From an uncultured Planctomycetaceae bacterium (GTDB lineage Bacteria > Planctomycetota > Planctomycetia > Pirellulales > JAEUIK01): a stretch of 48,059 nt of DNA. The notes under the pieces were generated by a model. The model had not been told where the DNA came from, made no database searches, and worked only from the letters and a program-made list of their open reading frames with translations. Of the stretch, positions 37,196 to 45,606 are shown piece after piece; position 1 is the first letter of the stretch, and the number at the start of each line of letters is the position of its first letter. A program made the position numbers and the translations under genes. The DNA lies in the NCBI GenBank assembly GCA_964576465.1, contig CAZNXE010000003.1:7047-55105 (forward strand), read 5' to 3'.

Positions 37196-37948
37196 ATGCT
37201 TGAATTGCAAGGCGTTTCCAAATCGTATGGCCACACGGTTGCCTTGCGGGAGACCTCGCTTAGGTTTCACAGTTCGTCCATCACGGCGTTGATCGGCCCT
37301 AGTGGATGTGGAAAATCGACCATCGTGCGGATGATGGTCGGCTTGATCGAGCCTGACACCGGTGAGGTGCGATTCGACGGAACCACCCTGAGCCACGACA
37401 ATCTGCTCTCGGTTCGCCAGCGAATGGGCTACGTGATTCAAGAAGGAGGGCTCTTTCCGCACCTTACCGCATTGAACAACGTCGCCTTGTTGGCGCGACA
37501 ATTGAAATGGCCACCCGATCGTATCGAACACAAGGTCGCGGAATTGACCGAACTAACGCGATTTCCTCGCGCGGGGCTCACGCGCTATCCGGTTGAACTT
37601 TCTGGCGGCGAACGGCAACGCGTAAGCCTCATGCGGGCTCTGATGCTCGACCCCGAAGTCTTGCTATTAGACGAACCGCTGGGCGCGCTAGACCCCATGA
37701 TCCGCTTCGAGCTACAGACCGACCTGAAGCGGATATTCGGCGAACTCTCGACAACCGTGGTGCTGGTCACACACGACATGGCCGAGGCGGCCTATTTTTC
37801 CGACCGCATCGTGCTCCTGCGAAACGGGGCCATTGTTCAAGAGGGTGCGTTCGACAAGCTAGCGAACGATCCGGCGGATCCCTTCGTCACGCAATTCATC
37901 AACGCCCAGCGAAGTACGTTACGCGGCGGAAGCGAGGCCGCATCGTGA
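37196..37948 (+). CDS. ABC transporter ATP-binding protein (osmoprotectant/quaternary-amine uptake type)
   Basis: Walker A GPSGCGKST, signature LSGGERQRV, Walker B LLLDEPLGALD. Its stop overlaps the start of the downstream permease gene. Confidence 0.85.
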   Translation: MLELQGVSKSYGHTVALRETSLRFHSSSITALIGPSGCGKSTIVRMMVGLIEPDTGEVRFDGTTLSHDNLLSVRQRMGYVIQEGGLFPHLTALNNVALLARQLKWPPDRIEHKVAELTELTRFPRAGLTRYPVELSGGERQRVSLMRALMLDPEVLLLDEPLGALDPMIRFELQTDLKRIFGELSTTVVLVTHDMAEAAYFSDRIVLLRNGAIVQEGAFDKLANDPADPFVTQFINAQRSTLRGGSEAAS

Positions 37949-39462
37949 ATCGCATAACGATCGGCGTCGTGGTGTTGGCATGCCTTGCGGCAACCGCCGG
38001 GGTCGTCGGTTGGCAGTCGCGCGATCTTCCCGTCGTGAGAATCGGCTCGAAGAGCTTCATCGAGTCGGTGATTCTCGCGGAAATGGCCGAAGGGGTGCTC
38101 TTGGATGCCGGCATCGGGGCCTCGCACGATCATGTTGAAATGCAGGCCCAACTTTCCTGGCAAGCGATCCGCAATGGCGAGATCGATCTCTACTTCGAGT
38201 ACACCGGCACCCTGATGAAGGAACTGCTCGTCGACCTTCAGCTAGAGACATTCGACGAACTCAGCGACGCACTCGCAACCATGGGGCTGCGGATCACGCA
38301 ACCGATTGGGTTTCGCAACAACTACGGACTTGGAATGTTGGAGCAAACAGCCCAGCGGCTCGACATCAAGCGAGTTTCCGATCTTGTCGATCACCCTGAG
38401 TTGCGGTTTCGGTTTAGCGATCCCTTCATGGCACGAGAAGATTGCTGGCCATCGCTCCGCAATCGCTACGCGCTACCGCAACGCGATGCGCGGGGAATGA
38501 ATCATGATTTGGCCTATCTAGCACTCATTGAGGGTGAATGCGAGCTGATCGATGTTTACACCACCGATGCCGAAATCGAGCACTTCGGCCTGCGGGTTCT
38601 CGACGATAACCGCCACCACTTTCCGGCCTACGAACCGATCGCCCTGTATCGTGCGAACCTGATCGATCGTTTTCCAGGCGTAGAGGCAGCCCTTGCCAAG
38701 CTAGAAGGAAGCCTCGACGAACAACGGATGATGAAGCTGAACGCCCAAGTGAAGTACGATAAACGACAGGCTGGAGAAGTAGCGGCCGATTACCTTAAGA
38801 GCGAGTTGGGGATCGACGTCCAACTCGATCTCGAAACATGGCAAGAACGACTCCTCCGCAACACGCTAGAGCATCTACGGTTGGTCGTCATTTCGCTCAC
38901 GGCGGCAATCATCGTCGCGCTGCCGCTGGGGATTGTTGCGGCAAAAAAGCGGCGTGTTGGCCAACTTATCTTGGCCACCGTGGGCATCGTGCAAACCATT
39001 CCTTCGCTGGCGCTGTTGGCGTTCATGGTGCCGCTGCTGGGGGTTGGCGTACGCCCGGCGATGATGGCCTTGTTTCTCTACAGCTTGCTGCCGATTGTGC
39101 GCAACACACACGCCGGTCTGCACGATATTCCATCGCAAATTCGCGATTCCGCCTCCGCGCTCGGGCTGCCTGCCAGCGCCCGACTGTTTCGCGTGGAATT
39201 GCCACTGGCGTCACGGTCCATCATGGCCGGAATCAAGACATCGGCCGTAATCAACGTCGGCACCGCCGCCTTGGGAGGCCTCATCGCGGCAGGCGGCTTC
39301 GGTCAGCCCATCATGACAGGGCTAAGCCGTCTCGACATGCAGATGATCGTCTGGCAAGGAGCCGTGCCCGCCTCCATTCTAGCCCTCGCCGTACAAGGCA
39401 TCTTCGAGCTAGCCGAACGCATGATCGTCCCCCGCGGTTTGCGGCTTCGACAGGCGCGATAG
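37945..39462 (+). CDS. Fused substrate-binding domain plus permease of a glycine betaine/choline-type ABC transporter
   Basis: The N-terminal ~290 aa resemble the OpuAC-type binding fold (IGSKSFIESVILAEM..., DVYTTDAEI). The C-terminal half is a 5-6 TM BPD-transporter permease. Confidence 0.75.
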   Translation: MNRITIGVVVLACLAATAGVVGWQSRDLPVVRIGSKSFIESVILAEMAEGVLLDAGIGASHDHVEMQAQLSWQAIRNGEIDLYFEYTGTLMKELLVDLQLETFDELSDALATMGLRITQPIGFRNNYGLGMLEQTAQRLDIKRVSDLVDHPELRFRFSDPFMAREDCWPSLRNRYALPQRDARGMNHDLAYLALIEGECELIDVYTTDAEIEHFGLRVLDDNRHHFPAYEPIALYRANLIDRFPGVEAALAKLEGSLDEQRMMKLNAQVKYDKRQAGEVAADYLKSELGIDVQLDLETWQERLLRNTLEHLRLVVISLTAAIIVALPLGIVAAKKRRVGQLILATVGIVQTIPSLALLAFMVPLLGVGVRPAMMALFLYSLLPIVRNTHAGLHDIPSQIRDSASALGLPASARLFRVELPLASRSIMAGIKTSAVINVGTAALGGLIAAGGFGQPIMTGLSRLDMQMIVWQGAVPASILALAVQGIFELAERMIVPRGLRLRQAR

Positions 39463-39475
39463 ACAACAAGGTAGG

Positions 39476-40567
39476 TCACGCACCGCATGCGTGACGTATC
39501 CGGGCTGTTCTCCGGCGCAGCATGACAACGAACAACATGCCAGTGATAAACAACAGTGCCGTCGACGGTTCCGGCACCGGCACGATCGTGATAAAGACAG
39601 CCGTGTTGAAATCAGGGCCAAGCCCGACGGCGGCGCCGGAGAGGAGAGCGCGGTCGCCAGTGATCGGGTTGATTGAATAGAGGGCATTGGCCCCTTGATC
39701 CGTTGCGAAGATAGTACCGTTGGCATTAACCGCAACGCCACCAGGCCTTTGCAATTCGGGTCCACTGCCAATACCGCCTCCGGATGCGAAGGTTCGATCA
39801 CCGGTGGTCGAATTGACACGAAAGATAGCATCTAGGTCAAAATCTGCCACGAGAATATTGCCGTTTCCCTCGAGCGCCATCCCGAGAGGAGTACTGAAAT
39901 CGGGGCCCGTGCCGACATCGTCGTTTGATAGGAGGCTTCTATTTCCGGTCAGTGGATCGATTGTCAAAATGCCATCCACGTCGGTTACAAGGATTTGACC
40001 ATTCGCGTTGATGACCACGCTCACTGGGCGAAATAAATCCGGCCCTGTACCGATACCAAGGAACGAACTGGAAAGCGTTGTTCTATCGCCCGTTGCCAAA
40101 TCCACTCGATAGACGTCACCAACATTAAAGCCCGCAATTTCATAGGTCGAAACCGTTGTCACGATGAGGCTATTGCTTGGCCCGAGTGCAATGCCCGCTG
40201 GGCCACCGAATGCCGGGCCCGCACCCACGCCTGAACCAGAGACGCGCGTTCGATCACCCGTGGTTGGATCGACGCGGAATATGCTGTCGCCAAAAATATC
40301 GCTGACAAGAATGTCGCCATCGGGGGTGACTGTTATCTCAAACGGAGTGCTAAAACTAGGTCCACTACCGACTCCAAAGCCGGAGACGATCGTTCGATCA
40401 CCTGTTGACGGATCAACGCTAAAGATTCCGCCCGGACCGGCTCCGAAATCGGAACCAATGTCCGCCACCAGAATATCCCCCGGCGAGAGCATCGCCGCCG
40501 GCGCGAGTCCACAGGCATAAACGGTCAGGGCAAACACCGCCGCTTTGATTCCATGCTTCGCTTTCAT
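39476..40567 (-). CDS. PEP-CTERM-anchored secreted repeat protein (six NHL/beta-propeller-like repeats)
   Basis: Signal peptide from ATG 40567. Six units of the type D(P/L)xTGDRTxxSGxGVGxGPxFxxPxGI. The C-terminus VPEPSTALLFITGMLFVVMLRRR is a PEP-CTERM sorting signal. Confidence 0.75.
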   Translation of the reverse strand: MKAKHGIKAAVFALTVYACGLAPAAMLSPGDILVADIGSDFGAGPGGIFSVDPSTGDRTIVSGFGVGSGPSFSTPFEITVTPDGDILVSDIFGDSIFRVDPTTGDRTRVSGSGVGAGPAFGGPAGIALGPSNSLIVTTVSTYEIAGFNVGDVYRVDLATGDRTTLSSSFLGIGTGPDLFRPVSVVINANGQILVTDVDGILTIDPLTGNRSLLSNDDVGTGPDFSTPLGMALEGNGNILVADFDLDAIFRVNSTTGDRTFASGGGIGSGPELQRPGGVAVNANGTIFATDQGANALYSINPITGDRALLSGAAVGLGPDFNTAVFITIVPVPEPSTALLFITGMLFVVMLRRRTARIRHACGA

Positions 40568-40746
40568 GAGTTTTCCTCGCTTCCAAATCGCCGGACGACA
40601 GGGACGTGCGTGCAAGCACCTGTCGTTTATACACAAGTCTGGAGTTTGGTGTCTTGGCCGAAGGCCTTTTTTCACCGTAGCCTTGGGCAACGCCCAAGGA
40701 ATTCATGGTCCAAAACGCCTTTTGGCTGTAAGTCAAATTCAACTGA

Positions 40747-40947
40747 GCCAAGTAGGGTCCGCTGTGCGGACCAATGGCGGCTACTCGGCTGGCCACACTC
40801 CTCATCTCATCGTTGGGTTCGGGTGGGGATTTATCCGAAGAATTGGGGATGTGGTGATCGCGAACCAACATCAGCCGTACGGGTGAAAGAAGCCCGAGAA
40901 TCGGTTTGCACGTTCAGTAGCGGTCCGCACAGCGGACCCTACTCGGC
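40747..40947. mobile_element. REPIN-like MITE, copy 2 (family M)
   Basis: Ends GCCAAGTAGGGTCCGCTGTGCGGACC / GGTCCGCACAGCGGACCCTACTCGGC (26 nt, one mismatch). The core matches copy 1 with an extra ~60-nt internal block. Confidence 0.85.
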
Positions 40948-40954
40948 TTTTCTC

Positions 40955-42148
40955 TCACTCACGCCGCTTTCCTGGCTGATGGCGACCGGCTTGCATGCCG
41001 ATGGCGCGTTCCACGGCGTCGCTGCCGTATCGCTCTCGAATTTCGTCGGTGACTGAATCGATCTGCGATTCCTTCTCATGCGTCGGGTCGGGGAAGAGCG
41101 ACTGCTGACGTTGGGCGTCGGCAGCCAAGCCACTGACACCGACACCAATCAGCCGAACGCTAAGCCGCCGGTTGGGCAGTCGGGTCGAAAACAGTTCGTC
41201 CACCGCTGCGGCCAATTCCAACGTGACGTTGGTCGCTTGGGGCAGGCGGTGCGCGCGGGTGATCGTGTTGAAGTCGTCGTACCGCAGCTTGAGTTGAACG
41301 GTGTGACCGAAGAGCTTGTGCCGCCGCAAGCGACGTGCGACTTGGTCGGCAAGTTGCCATAGAACTGCCCGGAGAACTTCGGCGTCGGTAACATCCTGGG
41401 CAAAGGTTGTCTCGTGCGAGATCGACTTCGCCTCACGATCGGGCTGCACCGGCCGCCCATCAATCCCCCGGGCCATTCTCCACAAATGTTCGCCCGAGGA
41501 TCCGAATTGGCTCTCGAGCGTCTCTTTCGAGATGGCCCGCAAGTGCGCAATAGTTCGCACGCCCAACCGCTCAAGTGCTCCTTGGGTGACACGGCCTACT
41601 CCCCAAACACGTGCAACCGGCAGCGGATCGAGAAAGGCCGTCACGCCGTTTGGGGGAACGCATACAAATCCGTCAGGCTTCTCCTGGTCGCTCGCGATTT
41701 TGGCCACAAGCTTGTTGGGAGCCACGCCGACCGAGGCCACGAGATTTTCTTGCCGGCGGATGTCTTCCTTAATTTTCCTGGCGATCTCTTCGGTGGTGCC
41801 AAACAATCGCTCGCTACCATGCACATCGAGAAACGCTTCGTCGAGCGACAACGGTTCGACGAGCGAGGTGTAACGCTCGAACACTTCGCGAATCCGCCGC
41901 GAGACTTGGGCGTAAAGTTCCATCCGCGGCGGCAAGACCACCGCTTGCGGACAAAGACGTTTTGCGGTGGCCGACGGCATGGCACTATGCACGCCAAACT
42001 TTCGAGCCTCGTAATTCGCCGCAGCCACCACCCCGCGAGACTCCGGCTTGCCGCCCACAATCACCGGCCGTCCCACCAGCCCGGGATCCTCACGCTCCTC
42101 GACCGACGCATAAAACGCATCCATATCGACGTGGATAATCATGACCAA
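40955..42148 (-). CDS. dinB: DNA polymerase IV (Y-family)
   Basis: IIHVDMDAFYASVEERE, SIDEAFLDV-like LSLDEAFLDV, and the little-finger region. Confidence 0.9.
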   Translation of the reverse strand: MVMIIHVDMDAFYASVEEREDPGLVGRPVIVGGKPESRGVVAAANYEARKFGVHSAMPSATAKRLCPQAVVLPPRMELYAQVSRRIREVFERYTSLVEPLSLDEAFLDVHGSERLFGTTEEIARKIKEDIRRQENLVASVGVAPNKLVAKIASDQEKPDGFVCVPPNGVTAFLDPLPVARVWGVGRVTQGALERLGVRTIAHLRAISKETLESQFGSSGEHLWRMARGIDGRPVQPDREAKSISHETTFAQDVTDAEVLRAVLWQLADQVARRLRRHKLFGHTVQLKLRYDDFNTITRAHRLPQATNVTLELAAAVDELFSTRLPNRRLSVRLIGVGVSGLAADAQRQQSLFPDPTHEKESQIDSVTDEIRERYGSDAVERAIGMQAGRHQPGKRRE

Positions 42149-42454
42149 AAACGATCCCTGGGTAACTTGGTTCGGGTGGTATTCTCGGCGAGATCACTTC
42201 GATTCTAACATTTCCACTACAAGAGACGGGCGCGATCGCCTGCTGAATAGTGCGTATTCAATCTCTAGTCTTACGGGTTGGGTGCCACTGGCTTTGCCAA
42301 TGCCGTAGCTAAATGGACCGGAATGTGCCCAAGTCACAAACCTGAAGACGCACGAGACAGTTGACCACAAGTACGTGCAATTAAGGTCCAGCGGTTGTAT
42401 CATGTTGGATGTTACTCCTGCCCAATAGCTCCCACCCACCATCAAGGCCGTACG

Positions 42455-43849
42455 ATGGACGAACGAGCCGCGATCTCCAATGCCGGTTTCATGCCCGTGG
42501 ATAATGTGCGCCTCTCTCGGCGAAACATGATTCAACTCGGCGGGCTGGGGATGATGGGGCTCGGTCTGCCGCGGCTGTTTGAATCTCGTGCCGCGGCAGA
42601 TACCTCTGGCCTCACTCCTCGTGCCGACGCCTGCATTATTATCTTTCTCAATGGCGGTCCCAGTCATCTCGATATGTGGGACATGAAGCCAGAGGCTCCC
42701 GAGGGAATTCGGGGCGAGTTCAGCCCCATTGCCACGACGGTGCCCGGTTATTCCCTCAGCGATCAACTCCCACGGCTGGCCACCCAGATGCACCGTGCGA
42801 CAGTCGTCCGCTCGATGCATCACAACATCAACAACGCGCACGCCGCCGCGGTCTATGCGGCGCTCACCGGACACGATCGCGGTGAGCTAGGCGGCGGAGC
42901 CAAGCCGACGGATAATCCCGCGCCAGGCTCCGTCTTGTCTTATGTGCGACCTCCCGATCGGCCCGTGGTGCCGCACGTCACGTTGCCCTACATCACCAAG
43001 GAAGGGGCAAAGGGCCCGCCGCAGCCCGGTTTCTTTGGCGGATATCTCGGTGGGGCATACGATCCGTTGTTCGTGTTGAACGATCCGAACGATCCTAAGT
43101 TCGTCGTGCCGGAGTTCTCGTTGCAAGCCGGCGTTTCGTTAGATCGTCTCGATCGGCGGCGACAGCTATTCAAGAGCCTCGATGTGCACTTCGCATCCCC
43201 GGGTGGTCAGCGATCGCTGGAGGCGATGAGTTCGCACCAGCGGCGAGCCATCGAACTGTTGATGGCACCTGCCACCCGAGAGGCGTTTCAAGTTTCGCAG
43301 GAACCCGAACCGCTTCGCGACTCCTATGGTCGCAATATCTATGGCCAGAGCGTGTTGCTGGCGCGGCGCTTGATCGAAGCCGGAACGCGATTGGTGTGTG
43401 TTTCCTGGGCGCCCGACGCCAACGCCACGTGGGACACGCACGGGGGGAATTTCTCGAAGCTCCGCAAGCAACTCTTGCCGCAGTTCGACGCCGCCTGCAC
43501 GAGCCTGATCGAAGATCTCGCGACGCGTGGCATGTTGGACCGCACGCTGGTCGCCGTAATGGGCGATTTCGGCCGCTCGCCGCAGGTGAACAAGAACGCC
43601 GGACGCGATCACTGGAACTGGTGCTATAGCCTGATGCTCGCCGGCGGCGGCACACCGCAAGGGCTTATCTACGGCGCCAGCGACAAGATCGGAGCGTTCC
43701 CCGCCGACAAACCCCTAACACCCGGCCACATCGTCTCAACCATCTACCAGCTTCTCGGCATCCCCCACGACCTAACACTCCACGACCGCCTAAGCCGCCC
43801 CCACCGCTTAGTGCCCACAGGAAACCCCGTGGCAGAGTTGATGGCGTAG
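42455..43849 (+). CDS. DUF1501-family (sulfatase-fold) protein with a Tat-type signal
   Basis: SRRNMIQLGGLGMMGL twin-arginine leader. IIIFLNGGPSHLDMWDMKPEAP and MGDFGRSP...GRDHW are characteristic DUF1501 blocks. Confidence 0.8.
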   Translation: MDERAAISNAGFMPVDNVRLSRRNMIQLGGLGMMGLGLPRLFESRAAADTSGLTPRADACIIIFLNGGPSHLDMWDMKPEAPEGIRGEFSPIATTVPGYSLSDQLPRLATQMHRATVVRSMHHNINNAHAAAVYAALTGHDRGELGGGAKPTDNPAPGSVLSYVRPPDRPVVPHVTLPYITKEGAKGPPQPGFFGGYLGGAYDPLFVLNDPNDPKFVVPEFSLQAGVSLDRLDRRRQLFKSLDVHFASPGGQRSLEAMSSHQRRAIELLMAPATREAFQVSQEPEPLRDSYGRNIYGQSVLLARRLIEAGTRLVCVSWAPDANATWDTHGGNFSKLRKQLLPQFDAACTSLIEDLATRGMLDRTLVAVMGDFGRSPQVNKNAGRDHWNWCYSLMLAGGGTPQGLIYGASDKIGAFPADKPLTPGHIVSTIYQLLGIPHDLTLHDRLSRPHRLVPTGNPVAELMA

Positions 43850-43869
43850 GATTCGATTTGGAATTCATC

Positions 43870-43903
<34 letters not shown>

Positions 43904-43951
43904 GAGCAGCAAGATTTGCCTCCGGATTCCGCCGATTGCTACAATCCGGAC

Positions 43952-44563
43952 ATGCCACTTCCAAAACCTCATCGCAAACGAGTCCGGCACTTCGACGACT
44001 ACGGCGAACTCCACGAGCTAACTTTTTCCTGTTACCCGCGGCAGCCGATTCTTGACGACGATTGGCGACGAGAGCAACTCAGCATCGCTATCGATCGTGC
44101 GCTGGACAACCACGATTGGCGGCTCGCGGCATTTGTTTACATGCCGGAGCACGTTCACCTACTCGTCTATCCTGTCGAGCAGGGACTCAAGGTGGACAAA
44201 CTTCTGTTCGCGATCAAAAGGCCCTTTAGCTTCCGTGTGAAACGGCGAATCGCTTCCACCGATGGCCCTTTGCTCAACCGTTTGACGGTTCGGCAGCGGC
44301 CCGGGAAAACGACGTTTCATTTTTGGCAAGAAGGGCCCGGATACGACCGGAATATACGCACCGAGAAGGTGCTAGAATCATCGATCGATTATATTCACCT
44401 GAACCCAGTCCGCCGTGGCTTGGTCGAGCGTGCGACTGACTACCGCTGGTCAAGCGCTCGTTGGCACGCCTCCGACGGCCAGAATGTCGACCCGTTGCAC
44501 CCCAAGCTGTCATCCGTGCCACCTGAGTTTTTCGTTGATGGGGCCGATGTGACGAGTTACTGA
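43952..44563 (+). CDS. REP-associated tyrosine transposase (RAYT; IS200/IS605-like Y1 HUH transposase)
   Basis: HUH motif in YMPEHVHLLVYP and the catalytic Tyr region IDYIHLNPVRRGLVERATDYRWSS. ATG 43952 is preferred because the track's TTG 43886 lies inside the REP hairpin. Confidence 0.8.
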   Translation: MPLPKPHRKRVRHFDDYGELHELTFSCYPRQPILDDDWRREQLSIAIDRALDNHDWRLAAFVYMPEHVHLLVYPVEQGLKVDKLLFAIKRPFSFRVKRRIASTDGPLLNRLTVRQRPGKTTFHFWQEGPGYDRNIRTEKVLESSIDYIHLNPVRRGLVERATDYRWSSARWHASDGQNVDPLHPKLSSVPPEFFVDGADVTSY

Positions 44564-44621
44564 GAAGTTGGAAATTGAATTAGCAAACAGACTGTTGTCC
44601 CAATGCAATATCTTTTCCGGA

Positions 44622-44654
<33 letters not shown>

Positions 44655-44921
44655 AGCGGGGAGAAGTGTGGGTCTTCATTCGTCGATTGATCGGACCATC
44701 GTCGAGTGCTGCATTGGATTTGCAAAGCAGTTTCGATGATTCAATGTGCGACAATCCAATGGCCGAAGTCATTTCGCACGGAATAGAACGTCGAGAATCG
44801 ATCTAGAGTTGATCGGGTGGCACAGAATGCAGATCACGAATCTCCGCTTCGCACGTAGGTCGCGAACACCGTCGTACTCTTCGGGACGACGCTTAGAGGG
44901 TGTTTTTTAAGGTTCATCCGG

Positions 44922-45503
44922 ATGAACCGTATCTGTCTTAATCCATTGGACCACGGCATGGCCGAACTTGGCTTCCAGATGGTGCGTTACGCGGATGACT
45001 TTGTCATCTTGTGCCGCACACGCAAGGAAGCGGAAGAAGCGTTGGCCGCGGTACGAAAATGGGTTCAGTCCAACGGGCTGACACTGCACCCAGAGAAGAC
45101 GCACATTGTGGATTCGCGAGAAAAGAGCTTTTCGTTTCTGGGCTACTCGTTCCGCGGCGGGCTTCGCTTTCCGCGAGCGAAGAGTCATCGGAAGTTCAAG
45201 AACCGCATCCGCGAACTGACTCCACGCAAGTCGGGCGACTCATTGGAGATGATACTCCAACGCGTGAATCGCTCGACGCAAGGTTGGTTTAACTATTTCC
45301 GTCATTGTCACCGGAGCATTTTCCGAAGTTACGACGGGATGATCCGTCGTCGGCTACGTCGCATGCTCCTCAAACGACATCGGCTGAACCGCGAACACCT
45401 TTCCCGAACCCGACGTTGGCCCAACGCCTACTTTACGAAGCATGGGCTCACGAGCCTGAATGAGACCCATCTCCGTTTCGTCCAATCCACAGGAACCTAC
45501 TGA
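44922..45503 (+). pseudogene. 5'-truncated group II intron-encoded reverse transcriptase/maturase (RT domains 5-7 plus domain X only)
   Basis: LNPLDH...VRYADDFVILC (YADD catalytic motif)...LHPEKTHIV...FLGYSF...and the maturase block RVNRSTQGWFNYFRH. RT domains 0-4 and the upstream ribozyme domains are absent. Confidence 0.8.
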
Positions 45504-45508
45504 CTGGA

Positions 45509-45583
45509 GAGCCGTATGCGGGAAAACCGCACGTACGGTTCGGAGGGAGGAGGAACCGGGAAACCGGTTCTTCCTACCCCTAT
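45509..45583 (+). ncRNA. Group II intron ribozyme domains V and VI (3' end of the truncated intron)
   Basis: GAGCCGTATGCGGGAAAACCGCACGTACGGTTC is a textbook domain V (AGC triad, GAAA-type loop). It is followed by a DVI-like helix GGGAGGAGGAACCGG-GAAA-CCGGTTCTTCCTACCCC with a bulged A, ending ...TAT. Confidence 0.8.
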
Positions 45584-45606
45584 CAGAAGTTCTGGGATGG
45601 GCTTTT

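Noticed and set aside
36967-37203. Track ORFs that read through palindromic elements (36967-37203, 29374-29706, 29630-29875, 25985-26233, 25850-26293, 40553-41056, 43665-43964, 44603-44806)
   Set aside because: Their only conserved parts are translations of the repeat DNA itself (for example NENIPTRRVSEG, MWREPTSAVRVKEAGESVCTF, TSQQWHP). The rest is unconstrained, so I treat them as repeats rather than genes.
42290-42305. Sigma-54 promoter-like TGGCTTTGCCAATGCC upstream of the DUF1501 gene
   Set aside because: The GG-N10-GC spacing is correct, but the -24 (TGGCTT vs TGGCAC) and -12 (ATGCC vs TTGCA/T) elements are weak. The site also overlaps a degenerate half-REP, so it is more likely a repeat relic.
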